A stretch of 4,149 bases of DNA from a virus (lineage: Duplodnaviria; Heunggongvirae; Uroviricota; Caudoviricetes), in the IMG/VR virus record IMGVR_UViG_3300029517_000099; one strand, 5' to 3'. Shown here piece by piece: positions 1 through 4,149 of the stretch. The translations under genes were made by a program, and so were the position numbers. The notes below the pieces were generated by a model. That model saw nothing but the letters and a program-made list of their open reading frames with translations. It ran no database searches and was not told where the DNA came from. Numbering within the stretch: position 1 is the stretch's first letter; every line of letters starts with the position of its first letter.

Positions 1-176
1 AATCAGCGAGTCAGCTTGGGAAGAAATGACCTGCTTATTCGCACCTTCCCTAATAAAATGTATTTCTCTGATATTATGTTTATTTGTATTAGCTCAGACT
101 TGACATCACAGGTTTCGTATATAGAACATCATCAAATCTGTCAGTTTGCTATGAATGAGATATAGTAATTGAAGAG

Positions 177-572
177 CTAACCTCGCATGTCAAAGCCAGA
201 TTTCTGAAAATCTCTGTAGACTTCCGGATTGTTGAAGGCCGGAAATTTGGCTTTATGAGCTGCGGACTTTATCGCTTCGCAATAGGCTTTATCACCGTTA
301 CTGGTAGATATTTTTAACGCCGTGCCATCCTGAGAGAATTCCATATGCAACCTGCATTTTTTCCCTTTCCAGTTATGCGGCTCATCAAGTTTGGCATTAA
401 TTGCAGCTCTGATTCCCCGCGCTTGCGCCCCCCATTCATCCTGATCATCCCAGCGTCCTGAACTGCAACTACCTGTAGCAGTAGTTTTGTGGCAATCTGA
501 AGGGTGTAAAGGTGTGCATCCCGCAACAAAACCGACCCAAAAAGTCAACATAACGATTTTCTTTAATCCCAC
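177..572 (-). CDS. Second, divergent prophage lipoprotein with TolA domain III-like C-terminus (131 aa, GTG start)
   Basis: Strong RBS GAGGAG 6 nt upstream of GTG at 572; signal peptide with lipobox VAGC and Thr at +2. C-terminal region keeps the TolA-III pattern (I-x2-AI, GKxCxL, G...GD-x3-C-x-A, FP, EVY-x-F) but is much more diverged than the upstream paralogue. Confidence 0.75.
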   Translation of the reverse strand: MGLKKIVMLTFWVGFVAGCTPLHPSDCHKTTATGSCSSGRWDDQDEWGAQARGIRAAINAKLDEPHNWKGKKCRLHMEFSQDGTALKISTSNGDKAYCEAIKSAAHKAKFPAFNNPEVYRDFQKSGFDMRG

Positions 573-647
573 TTCTTGCTCCTCAATCCATTAAAATCTC
601 AGCAATAGTAGTTGTTACGTCCGCCACTGGCTCAGAGCTGACTATCC

Positions 648-659
648 GCTAAATTTAGC
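648..659. promoter_or_regulatory. Perfect 12-bp palindrome GCTAAATTTAGC between the two lipoprotein genes (candidate operator)
   Basis: Exact dyad symmetry at 648-659, flanked by CACTG / CAGTG inverted pentamers (626-630 and 662-666); lies about 75 nt upstream of the second lipoprotein start. Confidence 0.25.
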
Positions 660-722
660 TCAGTGCCGTAGCTGTGTCAGAACAAACCTAAGCCGAAACC
701 GTTTATTACAAAACAATAAATA

Positions 723-1151
723 TCAGGGTTTAAAATCCAGCACCCCATTTTGAAATACTTTATATACTTCCGGCGAAGGGGGGGCAGGTATATCAGCATT
801 CTTTATCGCATTCATCGCTTCACGACATAAATCGAGGTCTCCACTTTCTCTTTTAACCTCCAGTAGAAGGCCATTCGGGGCCATATGCATTCTCAGTGTA
901 CACTCTTTTCCTGAATACTTACTCGCATCCCCGGACTGTTTTTCGATGGCGCTCTTGATTTGATGGGCATACAGACGGATATCCTCACTAACATCAGAAG
1001 TACGTTCAGATGAACTCACATACTGTGTCTCTATTGCTTTATCGGGGTAATATGATGTACGGTCATGATAATTTGTCGATACAGCATCAGTGCACCCGAT
1101 AATAATCCCACTAATAATCAACGTAAGAATTGATGCGCTACGAAAACCCAT
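723..1151 (-). CDS. Prophage lipoprotein with TolA C-terminal domain III-like fold (142 aa)
   Basis: N-terminal signal peptide with lipobox IIGC and Thr at +2 (predicts outer-membrane sorting). The C-terminal ~85 residues (YAHQIKSAIE...SGKECTLRMHMAPNGLLLEVK...GDLDLCREAMNAIKNADIPAPPSPEVYKVFQNGVLDFKP) align nearly motif-for-motif with my recollection of the E. coli TolA C-terminus, including the terminal LDFKP. RBS GAGG precedes the ATG. Confidence 0.85.
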   Translation of the reverse strand: MGFRSASILTLIISGIIIGCTDAVSTNYHDRTSYYPDKAIETQYVSSSERTSDVSEDIRLYAHQIKSAIEKQSGDASKYSGKECTLRMHMAPNGLLLEVKRESGDLDLCREAMNAIKNADIPAPPSPEVYKVFQNGVLDFKP

Positions 1152-1180
1152 TTTTCCTCACATATGTCATATAGTAAAGG

Positions 1181-1210
1181 ATTATATATACCGTTGTTTT
1201 GGACGCTCAA
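1181..1210 (-). promoter_or_regulatory. Candidate sigma70 promoter for the first TolA-like lipoprotein gene
   Basis: On the minus strand TTGAGC (plus 1205-1210), 18-bp spacer, perfect TATAAT (plus 1181-1186), about 25 nt upstream of the GAGG RBS and ATG at 1151. Confidence 0.45.
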
Positions 1211-1323
1211 ACAGCGAATCAGATCAAATAAAACGCACATTTGTTAACATTTACACAAAGTCTGCGCGGGATATTCTGAAAGAATATCCATAATGTGGAG
1301 AGAATCTATTGAAGTGCATGGTG

Positions 1324-1414
1324 CCGGGTGCCTCCCGGTGAACAAAATGTTCGTGATACCTGTCGGCGACAGAAAAGGTTAATGGTATCACCCCACCGCA
1401 CAGGGGGATTCACC
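1324..1414. other. GC-rich island of nested inverted repeats (candidate structured RNA or protein-binding/recombination site)
   Basis: Within AT-rich non-coding DNA: CCGGG/CCCGG hairpin (1324-1338); outer pair GGTGAA (1337-1342) / TTCACC (1409-1414); inner 8-bp pair GTGATACC (1353-1360) / GGTATCAC (1384-1391) enclosing the palindrome TGTCGgCGACA (1361-1371); CCCC...GGGG hairpin (1391-1406). Confidence 0.3.
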
Positions 1415-1740
1415 ATGCAGGAGTTTTCTTAGCAAACTCACTGCGCGCCCGGCAACTCCCAACCACATAAAATGCGGAGTTTGTGGCATTTATGCATATA
1501 ACTCGCAGGAATTATCTTAAAAAACTGATGTCGATCCGGATTAAAAAGAAGCAGGTCATCATCAGATGACTGGAAAAAAGGAAAACAAAAAATACTCATC
1601 ATACAGTTTTGATTGCAGGGATGAGCCTGCTATGCACAATATGCAGAATATAAGCAAGATAAAAATATGCAGGCATATTATTTCGGATTTTGTTATTAAC
1701 ACAACCTTTTTAATAATCATTTGGCATACAATAAACCAGC

Positions 1741-1768
1741 CCAAAAAGAACCGCCTAAACAGGCGGTT
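1741..1768 (-). terminator. Candidate minus-strand intrinsic terminator
   Basis: 8-bp GC-rich stem AACCGCCT / AGGCGGTT with a 4-nt loop (1749-1768); on the minus strand it is followed by CTTTTTGG (plus 1741-1748). No T-tract on the plus strand, so it is unidirectional. Confidence 0.4.
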
Positions 1769-2022
1769 GGTCAATACAAAGGATGCTTCGTCTTTATTAT
1801 AGTAATCTGAGGCGTCGGGTGTCTTGTATCAGACAACATATTGTCCCGCTAAACAGCGAATTACAAACCACCCTGCAATGATCTCTCATCTCATTTTATA
1901 TGAGTTGACGACATCAGGATAACGCATCATCAGCCCCTGCCAAGAAATATCAAAACTCCCGCCAGCAATGTGTTATCACAATATTGTAAAAAAAACACAG
2001 CACCGAAACTATAACTGGTCTC

Positions 2023-2031
2023 TGTTATAAT
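2023..2031 (+). promoter_or_regulatory. Extended -10 promoter (TGtTATAAT) on the plus strand, convergent with Q
   Basis: TG at 2023-2024 and a perfect TATAAT at 2026-2031 with an A-rich tract upstream (1987-1999). The -35 is poor (CCGAAA), but extended -10 promoters tolerate that. Confidence 0.4.
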
Positions 2032-2037
2032 TTGGAG

Positions 2038-2113
2038 CAGAAAGACCAGTTGCCCAACTAGCAGCATTCTCCCCTGCTTTCCTGACGTAAAAAAACCGCA
2101 TTAAGCGGTTTTT
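2038..2113 (+). ncRNA. Candidate ~75-nt small RNA running from the extended -10 promoter to the bidirectional terminator
   Basis: Predicted start about 7 nt after the -10; transcript contains a short internal hairpin (AGCAG...CTGCT, 2060-2078) and ends in the terminator hairpin plus U-tract. It would be antisense to the leader of the minus-strand late transcript. Purely sequence-based. Confidence 0.2.
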
Positions 2114-2118
2114 TTACG
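2086..2118. terminator. Bidirectional rho-independent terminator (tR'-like)
   Basis: Perfect inverted repeat CGTAAAAAAACCGC / ATTAA loop / GCGGTTTTTTTACG. The GC core stem is flanked by a 7-A tract on one side and a 7-T tract on the other, giving a U-tract on either strand. Confidence 0.75.
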
Positions 2119-2195
2119 ATGTCCATGTCTGCAATCCGCCTCGCGATACAGCTTTGCGAAGCATAGCAAAATTGAAGCAGTTTATACGTAAGAAA
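2119..2195 (-). promoter_or_regulatory. Presumed late promoter (pR'-like) and qut region between the Q stop and the terminator
   Basis: By analogy with lambdoid phages the Q-dependent late promoter sits directly downstream of Q and upstream of tR'. A TATAAA element lies on the minus strand (plus 2181-2186) but no good -35 was found, so the exact promoter position is unresolved. Confidence 0.3.
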
Positions 2196-2738
2196 TCAAG
2201 CCATTTTCTCAGCAAATGATTCACGCATGGGAATATATAGGGCATACTCAGCAACAGCTAACCAATTAGCAATCCGTTTTTCGCATGTGCTAAAACACCA
2301 CTCTGGGTGTGCATCATTTAGCAATTCAGCCATTTTGCGCTTAGTCATCCCCCGCCCTTCATAGCGTTGCCGGAGAATGCAAATCAATCCTGGATGCTCT
2401 GCCAGCACCTCACTTATGACTCGATCAATACATAACGCCTCTGCATCAGTACAATGCGCCAGCCAGCTCTTTTGCTTGCCGTTGATCATCTCTCGCAAAA
2501 ACGCTTCCAGCTCAGCTTTCTCTATTCCCGCTTTTTTCATTCTGCGCAGGGCTTCATTGATGGCTGTTTTCGTCAATTTTTTGGATGCCAACAACTGATT
2601 GAACATATTTCCTGACCTGCCACCGCCAATATACGACCAGCGCCCCCACATACGCAGTTTGCCCTGAATCCAGACACTTTCCAGCGTGGCGAGACGAAGG
2701 TGTTCTCCGCTTTTTCCTGTATTCGTTGGGTAAATCAC
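2196..2738 (-). CDS. Late-gene antitermination protein Q-like (P22 gp23 / Phage_antitermQ family), about 180 aa from a GTG start
   Basis: Strong RBS AAGGAGGG 7 nt upstream of GTG at 2738, which overlaps the TGA stop of the upstream gene (GTGA). Translation carries a WGxW motif (LRMWGRWSY) and a Y-x-G-x-GMT-x3-MA segment recalled from P22 gene 23-type antiterminators. Position is immediately upstream of a short spacer plus intrinsic terminator, the canonical Q-pR'-tR' arrangement. The track's ATG at 2858 would overlap the preceding gene by 124 nt and lacks an RBS, so GTG is preferred. Confidence 0.7.
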   Translation of the reverse strand: MIYPTNTGKSGEHLRLATLESVWIQGKLRMWGRWSYIGGGRSGNMFNQLLASKKLTKTAINEALRRMKKAGIEKAELEAFLREMINGKQKSWLAHCTDAEALCIDRVISEVLAEHPGLICILRQRYEGRGMTKRKMAELLNDAHPEWCFSTCEKRIANWLAVAEYALYIPMRESFAEKMA

Positions 2739-3025
2739 AAATATCCCTCCTTTCTCCAGATTTCTTGTGTGCGAAAAACACCTTCTGCATGCATCAGGCG
2801 TAATTCTTCTTTGGTGTAATCGCTGGTTTTTACCCGCCCGTCGATTAGATCGTGGCATGAGCTACAGGCAATCGCCGCCTGCATATCGTGTGGTTTTGTC
2901 GCTGTTCCGCACGTTCCCGCCAGTCGGTAATGCGCCAGCACAGACGTTTCCGGATCGTGATTGCAGTAGCCAGGAATTCTGACGGCGCACATCTGCCCCC
3001 GCGCCGCTTTACGTAAATCCACCAT
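2735..3025 (-). CDS. DUF1364 / YbcO-like Cys/His-rich phage protein, putative Zn-binding nuclease (96 aa)
   Basis: 96-aa ORF beginning MVDLRKAARG with conserved Cys/His positions (CAVRIPGYC, ACSSCHD) closely matching my recollection of E. coli DLP12 YbcO; start coupled to the upstream stop and its TGA stop overlaps the downstream GTG start. Confidence 0.8.
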   Translation of the reverse strand: MVDLRKAARGQMCAVRIPGYCNHDPETSVLAHYRLAGTCGTATKPHDMQAAIACSSCHDLIDGRVKTSDYTKEELRLMHAEGVFRTQEIWRKEGYL

Positions 3026-3624
3026 TACGCAAACTCCAGCAGCTGCGCGGCCACATTTTCGACTTGTTCCGGAGAGGAAAATTTACGGAACAGAATCCAG
3101 TTCCACAGCACATTCAGAACAGATTTATAAACCTGCTGAAACTCGGTTTCATCCATATTCGCAAAAGCGATGGATTTCGCCCGACGCCCATGGCTACCGT
3201 CCGGATAAAAATGTTCGGTGTAAAATCCAGCCTGAATGGTTACCCACTCGCGAAAAGCCTCAAACGACTTTAGCAATGCCGTATCCCGGGTTCTGCGTGT
3301 CGCAACTGTATTCAGATATTGCTCTGCGGCCTCACTCAGGGCTGGCGTGTGTTCCCGACCAACTGATTCGCACAGGTAATCAACGAAACCAGACAGCAGT
3401 TCTCGTTCGCGAGGCGTGATCGCCCCACCGACCGGAGTCCAGTAATCGAATCCCAGTTGCAGGAGTTTGAAAAAACGCTTGTGGAATGCGTAGTTACGCA
3501 CACGCTTAAAATCTGCGTGTATCCACTCACCTATTTTGATTTGATGCAGAAAATCGCAACTCTCCGGCGTCGCCGGGAGAAGTAAACCAGAAGAAGTTTG
3601 TTTGACCAGTTGTATATGCGCCAT
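3025..3624 (-). CDS. Phage nin-region protein, DUF1367-like (199 aa)
   Basis: Intact 199-codon ORF with ATG start at 3624 and weak GAGA-type RBS; its TAA stop overlaps the ATG of the next gene (TAATG at 3023-3027), indicating translational coupling; sequence resembles proteins found upstream of Q in lambdoid prophages. Family name is from recall, not a search. Confidence 0.75.
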   Translation of the reverse strand: MAHIQLVKQTSSGLLLPATPESCDFLHQIKIGEWIHADFKRVRNYAFHKRFFKLLQLGFDYWTPVGGAITPRERELLSGFVDYLCESVGREHTPALSEAAEQYLNTVATRRTRDTALLKSFEAFREWVTIQAGFYTEHFYPDGSHGRRAKSIAFANMDETEFQQVYKSVLNVLWNWILFRKFSSPEQVENVAAQLLEFA

Positions 3625-3682
3625 TTCTCAATCTCTCGATGGCGCAGTGCAGCAGATGCCAGTTGTTCAGGCTGACGTATAA

Positions 3683-3710
3683 AGTATAAATAAACTGGTT
3701 CCAGTGTAAA
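3683..3710 (-). promoter_or_regulatory. Candidate sigma70 promoter for the minus-strand nin-like/Q operon
   Basis: On the minus strand TTTACA (plus 3705-3710), 16-bp spacer, TATACT (plus 3683-3688), about 50 nt upstream of the ATG at 3624. AT-rich context, so it could be a chance match. Confidence 0.35.
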
Positions 3711-3746
3711 GCCCCCACATTGATGGAATAAAAATCAAACAATAGA

Positions 3747-3775
3747 TTGCTGGGATAAAATACAACGCTTATTAT
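3747..3775 (+). promoter_or_regulatory. Candidate plus-strand sigma70 promoter upstream of the small ORF
   Basis: TTGCTG (3747-3752), 17-bp spacer, TATTAT (3770-3775). AT-rich context makes a chance match plausible. Confidence 0.2.
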
Positions 3776-3898
3776 TAAAAGCGGTTAGACAAATTAAATT
3801 TTAATGTTATGCAAATTTGTCAGATCACCATAATATCTCATTTAAAAACCGCTGAAATAACAACCCTATCAGGGTTAATCATATTAAGGTGAGTAAAT

Positions 3899-3985
3899 AT
3901 GGAAAACAACAAATCTGCACATTACGTTCCTTTTTTATCTGTAATACTTTTTGTTTTATGCTGTGCGTGGGCATTATTTTTATAA
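3899..3985 (+). CDS. Candidate small hydrophobic membrane peptide (28 aa: MENNKSAHYVPFLSVILFVLCCAWALFL)
   Basis: ATG at 3899 preceded by a good SD (AAGGTGAG, 3886-3893); polar N-terminus followed by a single predicted transmembrane helix; lies in an AT-rich region, divergent from the phage operon. A perfect hairpin AACCCT-atc-AGGGTT (3862-3876) sits just upstream of the RBS. No homology was established. Confidence 0.3.
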   Translation: MENNKSAHYVPFLSVILFVLCCAWALFL

Positions 3986-4149
3986 AAATATTTACAGATG
4001 AAGTAAACCCGCCAATCAGGTTAACTGTGGCTGCGTTGAGGATGCATAATACATCAGAGGTTGCGGGGATTTCTCCCATAAGCGCTAACTTAAGGGTTGA
4101 ACCATCTGAAGAATGCGACGCCTCGGTGCCTCGTTAAGACGATGCCTCG

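Larger units (their letters stand above)
1..4149. mobile_element. Fragment of a lambdoid prophage: nin-like genes, Q antiterminator, late-regulatory spacer and moron lipoprotein cargo
   Basis: Gene order DUF1367-like -> DUF1364-like -> Q-like -> terminator on one strand, with tight translational coupling; AT-rich non-coding gaps typical of horizontally acquired DNA; cargo genes with own promoter in the Q-to-lysis slot. No integrase or att site is inside the window, so the element boundaries are not visible. Confidence 0.7.

Noticed and set aside
100-128. Plus-strand promoter with a perfect TTGACA -35 at 100-105
   Set aside because: No acceptable -10 hexamer at 15-19 bp spacing (best candidates AGAACA or TAGAAC) and no downstream plus-strand gene in the window; judged a chance match.
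314-529. 71-aa minus-strand ORF nested inside the second lipoprotein gene
   Set aside because: Alternative frame wholly inside a gene with clear signal-peptide and domain features; no RBS; treated as a shadow ORF.
1090-1293. 67-aa plus-strand ORF
   Set aside because: Overlaps the start codon, RBS and promoter of the first lipoprotein gene on the opposite strand; no Shine-Dalgarno; AT-rich, low-complexity translation.
1562-1802. Overlapping 70-aa (minus, TTG start) and 78-aa (plus) ORFs; the minus one was considered as a possible holin
   Set aside because: Both lie in poly-A/T-rich DNA and have no or only weak RBS-like sequence. The minus ORF starts at TTG and contains the terminator hairpin at 1749-1768. 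Its hydrophobicity reflects T-rich codons, and it lacks the charged C-terminal tail typical of holins.
1152-2195. tRNA genes, stx-like toxin genes or a lysis cassette in the post-Q region
   Set aside because: Looked for T-loop-like GGTTCGA/GGTTCAA motifs and cloverleaf-compatible acceptor ends on both strands and found none. No ORF with an RBS resembles holin, endolysin or toxin subunits, so any lysis genes must lie beyond the left edge of the window.
2196-2858. 220-aa version of the Q-like ORF starting at the ATG at 2858
   Set aside because: It would overlap the upstream DUF1364-like gene by 124 nt and has no RBS, whereas the in-frame GTG at 2738 has a strong AAGGAGGG RBS and a GTGA stop/start overlap. 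The shorter GTG-initiated gene is called instead.
2377-2982. ORFs at 2377-2598 (+), 2554-2790 (-) and 2767-2982 (+)
   Set aside because: Antisense or out-of-frame shadows inside the Q-like and DUF1364-like genes; no independent start signals.
3064-3742. ORFs at 3064-3273 (+), 3336-3530 (-) and 3527-3742 (-)
   Set aside because: Shadow ORFs within or overlapping the DUF1367-like gene; 3527-3742 would also run through the candidate operon promoter. No supporting RBS.
3879-4137. 82-aa plus-strand ORF (GTG at 3889) and overlapping 66-aa minus-strand ORF
   Set aside because: The two overlap each other almost completely, neither has a Shine-Dalgarno sequence, and the translations are low-complexity. 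The 28-codon ORF in the other plus frame has the only good RBS here, so these are left uncalled, though a real gene at the window edge cannot be excluded.
1-4149. CRISPR array, IS element or integrase/att site
   Set aside because: No regularly spaced direct repeats, no terminal inverted repeats flanking a transposase-like ORF and no tyrosine or serine recombinase ORF are present. The inverted repeats found are isolated hairpins or palindromes.

Overview
This window reads as a fragment of a lambdoid (P22/lambda-like) prophage from an enterobacterial genome, with the main operon on the minus strand. Three translationally coupled genes run right to left: a DUF1367-like nin-region protein (3624->3025), a DUF1364/YbcO-like Cys/His-rich protein (3025->2735) and a Q-type late antiterminator of the P22 gp23 family (2738->2196, GTG start). 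After Q comes a short promoter/qut-like spacer and a perfect bidirectional intrinsic terminator (2086-2118), then about 0.9 kb of AT-rich DNA with no convincing ORF. That gap holds a GC-rich island of nested inverted repeats (1324-1414), a second minus-strand terminator (1741-1768) and a convergent plus-strand extended -10 promoter (2023-2031) that could drive a ~75-nt RNA. The Q-to-lysis cargo slot, where Stx phages carry tRNAs and stx, is instead occupied by two tandem, divergent lipoprotein genes (1151->723 and 572->177). Both have lipoprotein signal peptides followed by a domain strongly resembling TolA C-terminal domain III; the first has its own sigma70-like promoter. I consider these secreted TolA-III mimics the most interesting element: a candidate superinfection-exclusion, colicin-tolerance or envelope-remodelling moron. 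At the right end an AT-rich divergent region carries a promoter for the minus-strand operon and a plus-strand 28-codon hydrophobic small ORF with a strong RBS. No tRNA, CRISPR array, IS element or integrase is evident. All family assignments are from reading the translations and recalled motifs; no database search was run.
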